A stretch of DNA of 64,000 nt from assembly GCA_963843845.1 (NCBI GenBank), contig CAWJMB010000002.1, positions 1,856,001 to 1,920,000 of the forward strand, given 5' to 3'. The notes below the pieces were generated by a model. The model was not told the DNA's origin, searched no databases, and saw nothing but the letters and a program-made list of their open reading frames with translations. Below, piece after piece: positions 10,274-21,045 of the stretch; positions within the stretch are counted from its first letter, which is position 1; each line of letters opens with the position of its first letter. The translations under genes and the position numbers were made by a program. The stretch is from an uncultured Gemmatimonadaceae bacterium. Lineage in GTDB: Bacteria > Gemmatimonadota > Gemmatimonadetes > Gemmatimonadales > Gemmatimonadaceae.

Positions 10274-11476
10274 ATGCCATTCGGGACCGTCGAGCAAGCC
10301 ATCGAAGACATCCGCGCCGGGAAATTCGTTCTCGTGGCGGATGACGAGGATCGCGAGAACGAAGGCGATCTGGTCGGCGCGGCCGAGCTCGTCACGCCGG
10401 AGAAGATCAACTTCCTCCTCGACGCGAAAGGGTGGATCTGTCTCGCGCTCACCCCCGAACGGTGCGAGGAGCTCGAGCTCGGTCCGATGAGCCGCGGCAA
10501 TACCGAGGCGATGAAGACGGCGTTCACCGTGACGATCGACGCGTCCGCGCGCTACGGCGTGACGACCGGCATCAGCGCCTCTGACCGCGCCACGACGATC
10601 CGCGTCGCGGTCGACCCGCTGACCGTGCCCGCCGACCTCCGCCGCCCCGGTCACGTGAACCCGTTACGCGCGCGGCCCGGCGGCGTGCTGCAGCGCGTCG
10701 GCCACACCGAGGCCGCGGTCGACCTCGCACGACTGGCGGGGCTCACGCCGGCCGGCGTCATCTGCGAAGTGTTGAACGCCGACGGATCGGCTGCGCGCCG
10801 GCCGGAGCTCGAGGCGTTCGCGGAGAAGCACGGCCTGACGTTCATCACGGTCGCGCAGCTCGTCGCGTATCGCCTGCGCCACGAGAGTCTGGTGCACCGC
10901 GTGGCGGACGCTCGCCTCCCGACGGAGTTCGGCGAGTGGAAGATCGTCGGGTACCGCAACGACGTCGACGACCACGAGCACGTGGCGATCGTCTACGGCG
11001 ACGTCGGCGACGGTGAGAACGTCCTCGTCCGCATGCATTCGAAGTGCCTGACCGGCGACGTCTTCCACTCGATGCGCTGCGACTGCGGCTGGCAGCTGCA
11101 CACGGCCATGGAGATGGTCGCCGAGGAAGGCCGCGGCGTGATCGTGTATCTCGATCAGGAGGGGCGCGGGATCGGGCTGCTGAACAAGCTCAAGGCCTAC
11201 GAGCTGCAAGATCGCGGCGCCGACACGGTCGAGGCGAACGAGCGACTCGGCTTCAAGCCCGACCTGCGCAACTACGGCATCGGCGCGCAGATCCTGCGAG
11301 ACCTCGGGCTTCGCTCCATTCGCGTCATGACGAACAACCCGCGGAAGCTGGTCGGCCTCGAAGGGTACGGGCTGCGCGTCGTCGAAGGGGTGCGGATCCA
11401 GGCGCCGCAGACGAGCGAGAACGCGGGCTACCTCGCGACGAAGCGCGCCAAGCTCGGCCACCTGCTCGCGTCGTGA
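10274..11476 (+). CDS. ribBA: Bifunctional DHBP synthase / GTP cyclohydrolase II
   Basis: [48 protein letters not shown]. Confidence 0.95.
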   Translation: MPFGTVEQAIEDIRAGKFVLVADDEDRENEGDLVGAAELVTPEKINFLLDAKGWICLALTPERCEELELGPMSRGNTEAMKTAFTVTIDASARYGVTTGISASDRATTIRVAVDPLTVPADLRRPGHVNPLRARPGGVLQRVGHTEAAVDLARLAGLTPAGVICEVLNADGSAARRPELEAFAEKHGLTFITVAQLVAYRLRHESLVHRVADARLPTEFGEWKIVGYRNDVDDHEHVAIVYGDVGDGENVLVRMHSKCLTGDVFHSMRCDCGWQLHTAMEMVAEEGRGVIVYLDQEGRGIGLLNKLKAYELQDRGADTVEANERLGFKPDLRNYGIGAQILRDLGLRSIRVMTNNPRKLVGLEGYGLRVVEGVRIQAPQTSENAGYLATKRAKLGHLLAS

Positions 11477-11535
11477 CCGCGCCGCGTCGCACGCTCCCGA
11501 TCCTGATCGACGACCCCGCCACGCCTGCCGAGTAC

Positions 11536-12060
11536 ATGACCGAGTTCACAGGTGCCCCGAACGCCGCCGGACGACGCTTCGCCGTCGTCGCCAGCCGCTT
11601 CAACGAGGGCGTGACGCGGGCGCTCGCCGACGGCGCCATCGACGCGCTGACTCGCCACGGTGCGACGCCCGGCGACGTCGACCTCGTCTGGGTGCCGGGC
11701 GCGTGGGAGCTGCCAGCCGCCGTCCGCAAGGTGCTGTCGAGCGATCGCTACGCCGCGGTCGTCGCGCTCGGCGCGGTCGTCCGCGGCGAGACGCCGCATT
11801 TCGATTTCGTGGCCGGCGAGGCGGCGCGTGGCCTCGCCGACGCGAGCGCCGAGTACGACGTGCCGCTGGCGTTGGGGCTGCTGACGACCGACACGATGGA
11901 GCAGGCGGAGGCGCGTGCCGGCGGCGCGCACGGCAACAAAGGATGGGACGCCGCGATGGCCGCGATCGAGATGGCCGACCTCTTCGCCATGCTCGACGAC
12001 GCGGGCGACTCGGGCGACGCGGGCGACGAGATGGACGGAGGGGTGGATGCCGAAGGGTGA
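11536..12060 (+). CDS. ribH: 6,7-dimethyl-8-ribityllumazine synthase
   Basis: VASRFN, VPGAWELP, VRGETPHFD, GNKG; short acidic tail. Confidence 0.93.
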   Translation: MTEFTGAPNAAGRRFAVVASRFNEGVTRALADGAIDALTRHGATPGDVDLVWVPGAWELPAAVRKVLSSDRYAAVVALGAVVRGETPHFDFVAGEAARGLADASAEYDVPLALGLLTTDTMEQAEARAGGAHGNKGWDAAMAAIEMADLFAMLDDAGDSGDAGDEMDGGVDAEG

Positions 12061-12469
12061 GCGCCTCGAGAGCCGCGCTCGCGCCCGCGCGCTGCAGGCG
12101 TTGTACGCCTGGGACGTGCGCGGCGTCGACGGGCTCGAGCGCATCGCCACGCAGCTGTGGGACGACCTCGCGGTCGGACCCGAGGAACGACGGATCGCGA
12201 GCGGGATCGTCCGCGAGATGATCCGGCACGGGGAAGAGATCGACCGCGAGCTGCGTGACGTCACGACGAACTGGCGCCTCGAGCGACTCGGCGCGATCGA
12301 GCGTACGGTCCTGCGGCTCGCGGCGTCCGAGCTGCGACAGGGCACGACGCCGCCCAAGGTCGTGATCCAGGAAGCGGTGCGCCTCGCCGAGCGATACGGG
12401 AGCGAGCAGAGCGCGCGCTTCGTGAACGGCATCGTCGACGCGCTGGCCCGACGCAGCGGACGGCTTTGA
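12047..12469 (+). CDS. nusB: Transcription antitermination factor NusB
   Basis: RARARALQALY, NWRLERL, EAVRLAERYG, FVNGI; follows ribH. Confidence 0.92.
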   Translation: MPKGERLESRARARALQALYAWDVRGVDGLERIATQLWDDLAVGPEERRIASGIVREMIRHGEEIDRELRDVTTNWRLERLGAIERTVLRLAASELRQGTTPPKVVIQEAVRLAERYGSEQSARFVNGIVDALARRSGRL

Positions 12470-13566
12470 GGATCCAGCTCGTCAACTGGCAGGACCGCGA
12501 GAACCCGCAGGCCGGCGGCGCCGAGCTCCATCTGCACGAGATCTTCGGGCGCCTCGCGAGGCAGGGGCACGAGGTGACGCTACTGTGCGGCGGCTGGCCC
12601 GGTGGCGCGCCGCGCGCCCGGCTCGACGGCATCGATGTGCACCGCGTCGGCACACGCGCGACCTTTCCGCTACACGTGCGCCGCTACTGGAAGGGCATCC
12701 TCGCGCCGCTGCGTCCCGACGTGCTCGTGGAGGACATCAACAAGGTCCCGTTGTACACGCCGCTCTGGCGCGGCGCGCCCCCCGTCGTCGCGCTCGTGCC
12801 GCATCTCTTCGGTGGGACCGCGTTTCAGGAAGCGTCGTGGCCGCTCGCGGCCGCCGTCTGGAGCGCCGAGCGTCCGCTGCCGCTCGTCTATCGGCGGAGC
12901 GCGTTTCACGCCATCAGCCGGAGCACCGCGGACGATCTGGTCGCGCGCGGTGTGCGCCGCGACCGCATCCGCGTCATCTACCCGGGGATCGACACGGCGC
13001 ACTTCACGCCGGCGCTCGACCGACGCTCGCCGACACCGCTCGTCGTCTACCTGGGCCGGCTCAAGCGCTACAAGGGCGTCGACCTCGTGCTGCGCGCGTT
13101 CGCGCGCGTTCGAGATCCGCAGGCGCGGCTCGTGATCGCCGGCACGGGTGACTTTCGCGCCGAGCTCGAGCGGCTCGCCGCTTCGCTTGCGCTCGCCGAT
13201 CGCGTGGACTTTCTTGGGTTCGTCAGCGAAGCCGAGAAGCGCGACCTGCTGCGACGCGCGTGGACGCTCGCGTTCGCGTCGCCGAAAGAGGGGTGGGGAA
13301 TCACGAACTTGGAAGCCGCGGCGTGCGCGACGCCGGTCGTCGCAGCGAACTCGCCGGGCCTCCGTGAGAGTGTGCGCGACGGCGAGACCGGATTCCTCGT
13401 GCCGTATGGAGACGTCGATGCGATGGCCGAACGGATGCAACGACTCGTAACGGACCGCGAACTCGTGGAGCGTCTCGGTCGGAGCGGACGCGCGTTCGCC
13501 GAGACGTTCACGTGGGAGCGCGCGGCCGCGGAGTCGCTCGAGCAGCTCGCCGCGGCGGCGCGCTGA
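12466..13566 (+). CDS. Glycosyltransferase family 4
   Basis: NPQAGGAE, YLGRLKRYKGVD, KEGWGITNLEA (Ex7E). Confidence 0.88.
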   Translation: MRIQLVNWQDRENPQAGGAELHLHEIFGRLARQGHEVTLLCGGWPGGAPRARLDGIDVHRVGTRATFPLHVRRYWKGILAPLRPDVLVEDINKVPLYTPLWRGAPPVVALVPHLFGGTAFQEASWPLAAAVWSAERPLPLVYRRSAFHAISRSTADDLVARGVRRDRIRVIYPGIDTAHFTPALDRRSPTPLVVYLGRLKRYKGVDLVLRAFARVRDPQARLVIAGTGDFRAELERLAASLALADRVDFLGFVSEAEKRDLLRRAWTLAFASPKEGWGITNLEAAACATPVVAANSPGLRESVRDGETGFLVPYGDVDAMAERMQRLVTDRELVERLGRSGRAFAETFTWERAAAESLEQLAAAAR

Positions 13567-14613
13567 ATGCCGGAGCCAGTCATGGCGGCGACGACCGTGC
13601 GCCTCACCGTCGGCCAGCTGTTCGAGCGGCTCCGCGAACTACTCGAGCTCGAGCAGGTCGGTGCATCCGTCGGCCTCGCGCGGCCGGTGACGACGTCGGA
13701 AGCGTCGAGCCCCGGCCTCGTGCTCTCGGGGTACTTCAACCGCTTTCCACACGAGCGCATCCAGGTCTTCGGCGAGACCGAGATCACGTATCTGCTGACG
13801 CTGACACCGGCGGCGCGCGCGGACATCCTCGCGATGTACTTCTCGTTCGACATCCCGTGCGTGTTCGTGACGAAGTCGCTCGAGCCGCCGGCGCCGTTTC
13901 TCGATCTCGCCGAGCGCGCGGGGATCGCGGTCCTGCGGTCGCGGTTGAAGACGGCGGAGTTCTATCGACTCATCAAGCCCTTTCTCGCGAACCTGTTCGC
14001 GCCGACCGCGACGCTGCACGGCTCGCTCGCCGACGTGTTCGGCGTCGGACTGTTCTTCACGGGACAGAGCGGCATCGGCAAGAGCGAGTGCGTGCTCGAC
14101 CTCGTCGAGCGGGGGCACCGGCTCGTCGCCGACGACCTCGTGATCGTGACGCGGCGGGGCAACGACGTGCTGATCGGCCGCGGGCACGAGCTGCAACGAC
14201 ACTACATGGAGATCCGGGGGATCGGACTCATCGACATCCCGGCGATCTTCGGCATTCGCGCCGTGCGGCAGCAGAAGCGGCTCGAGGTCGTCGTGCAGCT
14301 CGAGGAGTGGAATCAGGACGTGCTCGTCGACCGTACGGGGCTCGATGGCGAAGTACAGACGATCCTCGGCGTGGAGCTGCCGAAGATTCGCGTGCCGCTG
14401 AATCCGGGGAAGAACATCACGGTGATCGCAGAAGTGATCGCGCTGAATCACCTCCTCCGGTACAGCGGGCACAACCCGGCGGAGGCGTTCAACCGGCGGC
14501 TGATCGACCGCATGCGCAGCGCGTCGGGGAACGGCGAGCGCGGCTCGTCCGAGTCGCCGATCGGCGTCGCCCGCGACGATGTGCGCAGCTACTTGCAGGA
14601 AGATGACGAATAG
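13567..14613 (+). CDS. hprK: HPr(Ser) kinase/phosphorylase
   Basis: Walker A GQSGIGKSE, LVADD, MEIRGIGLIDI. Confidence 0.93.
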   Translation: MPEPVMAATTVRLTVGQLFERLRELLELEQVGASVGLARPVTTSEASSPGLVLSGYFNRFPHERIQVFGETEITYLLTLTPAARADILAMYFSFDIPCVFVTKSLEPPAPFLDLAERAGIAVLRSRLKTAEFYRLIKPFLANLFAPTATLHGSLADVFGVGLFFTGQSGIGKSECVLDLVERGHRLVADDLVIVTRRGNDVLIGRGHELQRHYMEIRGIGLIDIPAIFGIRAVRQQKRLEVVVQLEEWNQDVLVDRTGLDGEVQTILGVELPKIRVPLNPGKNITVIAEVIALNHLLRYSGHNPAEAFNRRLIDRMRSASGNGERGSSESPIGVARDDVRSYLQEDDE

Positions 14614-15076
14614 CGATGCGGCGCCCGACGCCACGCCGGCTGCGAGCGTGGCGCGCGCGGTGCTCGCCGGCCACGGCGACTTCGCCGCGGGACTCGCCTC
14701 GGCGGTCGCGCTCATCAGCGGCCGCGACGACGCGTTCGCGCTCGTCACGAACCGCGACCGCAGCGGCGTCGACATCGAGCGCGTGATCCGCGAATCGCTG
14801 GGCGCGGGCGACGGGGGCGTCGTGTTCACCGATCTCCCGGCCGGAAGCTGCACGCTCGCCGCTCGCCGTCTGCAGCGCGACCGTCCGCGCCTCGTCGTCG
14901 TGACCGGCGCGAACCTCGCGACGCTGCTCGACTTCGTGTTCGCCGCCGACGCGCCCGACGTCGCGCCCGAGCAGGCGGCCCGCGATGCCGCCGAACGTGG
15001 GCGCGCGGCGCTCGCCGCGCTGGAGGCCCCGCGACCGAGAGCGGCCGGCGAGGAGGGCGCGCGCGGTGCCGGTTGA
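14603..15076 (+). CDS. PTS mannose-family EIIA component
   Basis: VLAGHG (phospho-His), VFTDLPAGS, VVTGANL. Confidence 0.8.
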   Translation: MTNSDAAPDATPAASVARAVLAGHGDFAAGLASAVALISGRDDAFALVTNRDRSGVDIERVIRESLGAGDGGVVFTDLPAGSCTLAARRLQRDRPRLVVVTGANLATLLDFVFAADAPDVAPEQAARDAAERGRAALAALEAPRPRAAGEEGARGAG

Positions 15077-15575
15077 GCTCTATCGGATCGACGACCGGCT
15101 CATCCACGGGCAGGTCGTCGTCGGCTGGGGACGCCCCCTCGACATCGGCTTCATCGTGCTCGTCGACGACGAGGTGGCGGCGAGCGAGTGGGAGCAGGAG
15201 CTCTACCGGATGGGCGTGCCGCCGGAGATGGACGTCCACTTCGTCGACGTCGATCAGGCGGTCGCGCAGCACACCGCGTTCGTCAGCGATCCGCGCCACG
15301 GACTGCTGTTGACGGGCGACATCCACTCGATGGCGCGGCTCGTCGGCGGCGTCGAGGCACAGGTCGGGGAGCCCCACATCGCGGCCGTGAACATCGGCGG
15401 GGTGCACCACCGCGCGGGGCGCACGCAGCGGATGCGCTACGTGTTCCTGACCGCCGACGAAGAGGCCGAGCTGCGCTCGCTCGCGCGCCGCGGCGTGGCC
15501 GTGACGGCGCAGGACGTTCCCTCCGCGCGCGCCGTGCCGCTCGACGACGTGCTGTCGGGGCGTGCGGGTGCCTGA
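15066..15575 (+). CDS. PTS mannose/sorbose-family EIIB component
   Basis: RIDDRLIHGQV, VNIGG, AQDVP. Confidence 0.9.
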   Translation: MPVELYRIDDRLIHGQVVVGWGRPLDIGFIVLVDDEVAASEWEQELYRMGVPPEMDVHFVDVDQAVAQHTAFVSDPRHGLLLTGDIHSMARLVGGVEAQVGEPHIAAVNIGGVHHRAGRTQRMRYVFLTADEEAELRSLARRGVAVTAQDVPSARAVPLDDVLSGRAGA

Positions 15576-15602
15576 CGCGCAACGTGTGCGTCGAGCGACC
15601 GC

Positions 15603-16319
15603 ATGATCGTCCCGATCACGCCTCCGGCCGGCCTGCTGCCCACGGCGCTCCTGGGCGCGCTGCTCGGACTCGACGTCGTGAGCTTTCCGCAGGCGATGCT
15701 CTCGCGGCCGCTCGTCGCGGCGACGCTCGCGGGCGCGCTCGCCGACAACCTCGGTGCCGGGCTGCTCATCGGCGCGACGCTCGAACTGTTCGCGCTGGAG
15801 ACGCTGCCCATCGGCGCGTCTCGATATCCGGAGTGGGGATCGGCGGCGGTCGTCGGCGGGACGCTCTTCGCCGTCGCGAGCGCCGCGACCGATGACGCGA
15901 CGATGGTGCCGGGGGGGCTGTGCGTCGCGACGTTCGCGGCGCTCGCGACGGCGTGGGTCGGCGGCCGCTCGATGATCCTGCTTCGGCAGCTGAACGGTCG
16001 CCTCGCCCGGCGCCACCTCGACGACCTGGCGGCCGGATCGAGCGGCGCCGTGGTCGGACTGCAAATGTTCGGGCTCGTCGCCGACTTGCTCCGCGGGTTG
16101 TTCCTCGCGTTAGGCGCCCTGCTCGTGTGGCTTCCCGTGCAGGAGTTTCTGCTGTCGCACTGGAGCACCTCGGCCCGCGAGTCGCGCGCCGTGGCGGTCG
16201 GTCTCGCGGCGACCGTTGCGGCGGGCGCCGTATGGAAGCTCGTACACGCGTTCCCCCGCGCGCGCTGGCTCTTCTTCGGCGGCCTCGCGACCGGCCTGCT
16301 CGTCATGCAGCTCACGTGA
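15603..16319 (+). CDS. PTS mannose-family EIIC component
   Basis: Hydrophobic; SRPLV, GATLELF...PIGA motifs. Confidence 0.85.
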   Translation: MIVPITPPAGLLPTALLGALLGLDVVSFPQAMLSRPLVAATLAGALADNLGAGLLIGATLELFALETLPIGASRYPEWGSAAVVGGTLFAVASAATDDATMVPGGLCVATFAALATAWVGGRSMILLRQLNGRLARRHLDDLAAGSSGAVVGLQMFGLVADLLRGLFLALGALLVWLPVQEFLLSHWSTSARESRAVAVGLAATVAAGAVWKLVHAFPRARWLFFGGLATGLLVMQLT

Positions 16320-16326
16320 CGCTGAC

Positions 16327-17109
16327 GTGACGGCCGCCGCCGCGCAGGTCGCGCCCGCCGCACGCGCGCTCCCGCTCGCCACGCGCGCGTCGATCTTCGT
16401 GCGCCTCCTCGCGATCCAGGCGTCGTGGAACTACGAGATCCTGCTCGGCAACGGCGTCGGCTTCTGCACGGAGCCGGCGCTGCGACTGCTGCCGGGGGGG
16501 AAGGGAGGCGCGGCGTATCGTGCGGCGCTCGCGCGCCACAGCCAGTACTTCAACGCGCACCCGTACTTCGCCGGCGTGGCGGTCGGGGCGTTGATCCGCG
16601 CGGAGCTCGACGCGGAATCGCCGCAGCGCATCGAGCGCTTCCGCACGGCGCTGTGCGGTCCGTTGGGCAGCGTCGGCGACCGGCTCGTCTGGGCCGCGTG
16701 GCTGCCGTTCTGCTCCGTGCTCGCACTGCTCGCCTTCGGACTCGGTGCGGGCCCGTGGTTCGTCGTCGGGGGATTCCTCGTGCTCTACAACATCGGGCAT
16801 CTCGCCCTGCGCGGCTGGGCGCTGCACGTTGGACTCGCCCGCGGCCTGAAGGTCGCGCAGGCGCTCGGCGCGCCGGTGCTGCGTCAGGGGCCGCAGTGGC
16901 TGAGTCAGGGCGCTGCGTTCGTCGGCGGGGCCGCGCTGCCGGTCGCGCTGGCGCGGCTCATCGGTAGCGGTCGTGCTCTGTTGGGCGGTGTCATTCTCGC
17001 GGTGGTCGTCGGCGCGGTACTCATCGCCCGTCTGCACGGCCGCGTCGAAGGCTGGCGCCTCGCGCTCCTCGTTCTCGCAGGCTTCGTCCTCTTTTCCATC
17101 GTCCGATGA
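16327..17109 (+). CDS. PTS mannose-family EIID component
   Basis: QASWNYE, RHSQYFNAHPY, GPLGSVGDRLVW. Confidence 0.88.
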   Translation: MTAAAAQVAPAARALPLATRASIFVRLLAIQASWNYEILLGNGVGFCTEPALRLLPGGKGGAAYRAALARHSQYFNAHPYFAGVAVGALIRAELDAESPQRIERFRTALCGPLGSVGDRLVWAAWLPFCSVLALLAFGLGAGPWFVVGGFLVLYNIGHLALRGWALHVGLARGLKVAQALGAPVLRQGPQWLSQGAAFVGGAALPVALARLIGSGRALLGGVILAVVVGAVLIARLHGRVEGWRLALLVLAGFVLFSIVR

Positions 17110-17375
17110 TGGCCGAACAATCCGTCCGGATTCTCAACAAGAACGGCCTGCACGCGCGCCCCGCCGCCGAGATCGTGAAGGCCGCCGCGAAGTTCAAGAG
17201 CGACATCACCATCTCGCGCGAGGACATGGAGGTGAACGGAAAGAGCATCATGGGCGTGATGATGCTCGCCGCGGAGTTCGGATCGACGATCACCCTCCGC
17301 GCCGAGGGGCCAGACGCGCCCGACGCCGTCGCGGCGATCGTGTCCATCGTCGAGCGCAAGTTCGGCGAGACGTAG
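17106..17375 (+). CDS. ptsH: Phosphocarrier protein HPr
   Basis: GLHARPAA (His15) and NGKSIMGVM (Ser46). Confidence 0.95.
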   Translation: MMAEQSVRILNKNGLHARPAAEIVKAAAKFKSDITISREDMEVNGKSIMGVMMLAAEFGSTITLRAEGPDAPDAVAAIVSIVERKFGET

Positions 17376-17419
17376 TCGCCCGCTTTCCGTCTGGAGCCTG
17401 CCGCGATGAGCTTTCCGCG

Positions 17420-19184
17420 ATGAGTCGCACCCTGCGTGGTATCCCGGCGTCGCCGGGAATCGTCGTCGGTCCCGTGCACCTGCTGCGGTGGGAGGTGCCC
17501 GACGTGCCGCACCGCATCGTCCCGGACGAGGGGGTGCCGCAGGAGATCGCTCGGCTCCACGATGCCTTCGCGCACGCGCGGGAACGCGTCGAGATCGTCC
17601 GGCACCGCGCGGAGGAGCACGCCGGGCCCGACGAAGCGGCGATCTTCGATGTGCAGATCACCTTTCTGCACGACGTCGAGATCATCGGCGAGATCGAGCG
17701 GCTGATTCGACAGAACCTGAGCGCAGAGAAGGCGGTCGACCTCGCGATGCTCGAGAACCGGCGCCGCTTCGAGCGGAGCCCCCATGCGATGCTCCGCGAG
17801 CGGGTCGGCGACCTCGTGGACGTCCAGATCCGCGTGCTGGGCGCGCTGCTCGGGCTTCCGGACCACGAGCCGGTCGATGTGCCGAAAGGCACGAACGCCG
17901 TGCTCGTCACACACGACCTCACGCCCAGCATCACGGTGCAGCTCGACCGCGACGCGATCGCCGCCATCGCGACCGATGCCGGCACGAACACGTCGCACAT
18001 CGCGATCCTCGCGCGGTCCTTGGGCCTTCCTGCGGTCGTCGGTCTGCGCGACGCCTCGTCGCAGCTCGAGGGCGCCGACGCGCGTCGTGCTCGATGGCGC
18101 CGCCGGGACGCTGACCGTCGATCCCGACGATGCGGAGATCGAGGCGTTCCGCCACCGCGCAGCGCTCGAGGCGCAGGAGGCGGTGGAGCTGCGTGAGCTC
18201 GCCGACGCCGACCCTGTCACCCTCGACGGCGAGCGGCTCGTCATCCGGGCGAACGTCGACCTCCCGGAAGAGGCGGAGCACGCCGCGACCAGCGGCGCGG
18301 AAGGCGTCGGCCTCATGCGGACCGAGTTCCTCGTCGTCGGCCGCGCGTCGATGCCCGACGAGGAAGAGCAGTATCGCGCGTACGCGCGCGTGGTCGACGC
18401 GTTCGACGGGAAGCCGGTGATCATCCGGACGTTCGACGTCGGCGGCGACAAGCTTCCCGTCGGGGGCTTCCCCGTGGAACCGAATCCGTTCCTCGGCTGG
18501 CGCGCGATCCGGATGTGCCTCGACGAGCCGGCGCTGTTCAAGACGCAGCTCCGCGCGCTGCTCCGGGCCGCGACACACGGCGACGTGCGCATCATGCTGC
18601 CGCTCGTGGTCACGGTCGACGAGGTGCGCGCTGCGCGCGTGCTGCTGGAGGAGGCGGCGGCCGAGCTGCGCGAGCGAGGCGTGCCGCATCGCGACGAGAT
18701 TCCGTTGGGCGTCATGGTCGAGACACCGGCCGCCGCCGTCGCCGCCGACACGCTCGCGCGCGACGTGTCGTTCTTCAGCATCGGCACGAACGATCTCGTG
18801 CAGTACACGCTCGCCGTCGACCGCGGCAACGCGCTGCTCGCGCCGCGCTTCACGCCGCTGCACCCGGCAGTGCTCCGTCTCATCGCGCGCGTCGTCGAGG
18901 TCGCGCGCGAGGCGAACATCGACGTCGCGGTATGCGGCGAGATGGCATCGCAGCCGCTCATGGCGTACACGCTCATCGGGCTCGGGCTGCGTCAGCTCAG
19001 CGTCGGAGCGCGCACGGTACCGGCGGTGAAGCGCATCGCCCGCGGCATCACGGCCTCTCGCGCCGCCGCCGCCGCCACCCGCGCGCTGGCCGCGATGAGC
19101 GCGGCCGAGGCCGAGGCACTGTTGCTCGCCGCACTCGACGAGGAGCTCGCGCGCCCCGTTGCTGCACCTCGGGCGCGCCCGTAG
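17420..19184 (+). CDS. ptsI: PEP-protein phosphotransferase (PTS enzyme I), frameshift near 18070
   Basis: [16 protein letters not shown] (phospho-His); second frame [34 protein letters not shown]. Confidence 0.92.
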
Positions 19185-19246
19185 AGTTCGACCGCACGCC
19201 CTCCGCGCCGCCTCGCGACGCGCTCACTCCTGCCCCCAGGCTCCAC

Positions 19247-20419
19247 GTGTCGTCCAGCCGTCTCTTCACGTCCGAATCGGTGACCGAAGGCCATCCCGAC
19301 AAGATCGCCGACCAGATCTCCGATGCGGTGCTCGACGCGATCCTCGAGAAAGATTCCGCGGCGCGCGTTGCCTGCGAGACGCTCGTCACCACGGGCCTCG
19401 CCGTCGTCGCCGGCGAGATCACGACGAACACGTGGGTCGACATCCCGGAGATCGTCCGCGGCACGATCCATCGCATCGGCTACACCGATGCGGCCTACGG
19501 CTTCGACAGCAAGACGTGCGCGGTGATGAGCACGATCGACAAGCAGTCGCCCGACATCGCGCAGGGCGTCGATACGGGCGGCGCCGGCGACCAGGGAATG
19601 ATGTTCGGCTACGCGAGCGACGAGACCGAGGAGATGATGCCGCTCCCGATCGTGCTCGCGCACCGCATCACCCGGCGCCTCGCGACGCTGCGCAAGGAAG
19701 GGCGGCTGCTGTGGCTGCGCCCCGACGGCAAGGCGCAGGTCACGGTGCGCTACGAGGACGGCGCCCCGCGCGAGGTCGAGACGGTCGTCGTCTCCACGCA
19801 GCATGCGGAGACGATCGCGCAGAAGGAGCTCGTCGAGGCGATCATCGAGGAGATCGTGAAGCCGAGCGTTCCGGAAGAGCTGCGCGCGAAGGACATGAAG
19901 TACCACATCAACCCGACCGGGCGATTCGTCATCGGCGGCCCGCAGGGCGACGCCGGGCTCACCGGGCGCAAGATCATCGTCGACACGTACGGCGGCATGG
20001 GGCGCCACGGGGGCGGCGCGTTCAGCGGCAAGGACCCGTCGAAGGTCGACCGTTCGGCGGCGTACGCCGCGCGCTGGGTCGCGAAGAGCGTCGTCGCCGC
20101 AGGACTCGCGAAGCGGTGCGAGGTGCAGCTCGCCTACGCGATCGGCGTCGCGGAGCCCGTGTCGATCATGGTCGATACCTTCGGCACCGGCACGGCCCCG
20201 GACGAGGCGATCCAGGCGGCGGCGCGCGACGTGTTCACGCTCACGCCGCACGCGATCATAGACGCGCTCGAGCTGCGCCGCCCGATCTTCGGCGTCACGG
20301 CCGCGTACGGACATTTCGGCCGGAAGCCGGAGTCGGTCGACGGCGGTGACGGCCCGATGACGACGTTCACCTGGGAGCGCACCGACAAGGTCGACGCGCT
20401 GCGCGCCGCGATCCGCTGA
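19247..20419 (+). CDS. metK: S-adenosylmethionine synthetase
   Basis: [28 protein letters not shown]. Confidence 0.96.
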   Translation: MSSSRLFTSESVTEGHPDKIADQISDAVLDAILEKDSAARVACETLVTTGLAVVAGEITTNTWVDIPEIVRGTIHRIGYTDAAYGFDSKTCAVMSTIDKQSPDIAQGVDTGGAGDQGMMFGYASDETEEMMPLPIVLAHRITRRLATLRKEGRLLWLRPDGKAQVTVRYEDGAPREVETVVVSTQHAETIAQKELVEAIIEEIVKPSVPEELRAKDMKYHINPTGRFVIGGPQGDAGLTGRKIIVDTYGGMGRHGGGAFSGKDPSKVDRSAAYAARWVAKSVVAAGLAKRCEVQLAYAIGVAEPVSIMVDTFGTGTAPDEAIQAAARDVFTLTPHAIIDALELRRPIFGVTAAYGHFGRKPESVDGGDGPMTTFTWERTDKVDALRAAIR

Positions 20420-20495
20420 TCCGGCATCGCCGGCACGTGTGCGGCGGGCACTGCCAGCGCGCCCACGGGTATTCTGACACGGACGCTCCCTGGAG

Positions 20496-21035
20496 ATGCA
20501 GATGGTGCAAGTCGTCGTGTCGCGACTCGGGCTGGACAGCTCGACGAATACGTACGTCGTGATCCTGCAAGAGCGCGGCGGATCGCGCGAGTTGCCGATC
20601 TGGATCGGGCAGCCCGAGGCCGAAGCGATCGTCATGCAGATGAACAACGTGAAGCGCGAGCGGCCGTTCACGCATGACCTCTGCAAGAGTCTCATCCTGG
20701 GACTCGGCGCTACGCTGCGGCGGGTGCACATCACGCGCGTCCAGCAGCGCACGTACTTCGCCGAGCTGCACCTCGCCGGCGTGAACGGCGAGGTGCAGAT
20801 CGACGCGCGTCCCTCGGATTCGATCGCGGTCGCGCTGCGGCTGCAGGCGCCCATCTTCGCCGACGAATCACTGCTCGGCGCGTCGACGGCGGAGTCGGGC
20901 TCGGACGACGAGTCCGGCTACACGTCGCCGCCGGCGAACGCTCGGCTGGATCCGGGCGATACGCTCGATGCCGACCAGTTGAAGGCATACCTCGAGAACC
21001 TCCGGCCGGAGGATTTCGGGAAGTTCAACCTCTGA
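20496..21035 (+). CDS. Bifunctional nuclease family protein (DUF151)
   Basis: LPIWIG..EA, RPFTHDL, IDARPSDSIAVALR. Confidence 0.88.
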   Translation: MQMVQVVVSRLGLDSSTNTYVVILQERGGSRELPIWIGQPEAEAIVMQMNNVKRERPFTHDLCKSLILGLGATLRRVHITRVQQRTYFAELHLAGVNGEVQIDARPSDSIAVALRLQAPIFADESLLGASTAESGSDDESGYTSPPANARLDPGDTLDADQLKAYLENLRPEDFGKFNL

Positions 21036-21045
21036 CGACAGCCTG

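Noticed and set aside
5512..19184. Programmed frameshifting in pfkB, purM and ptsI
   Set aside because: No slippery heptamers or stimulatory structures seen; the same single-indel pattern occurs throughout, pointing to assembly error
19185..19246. SAM riboswitch before metK
   Set aside because: Only about 60 nt and no S-box or SAM-II consensus visible
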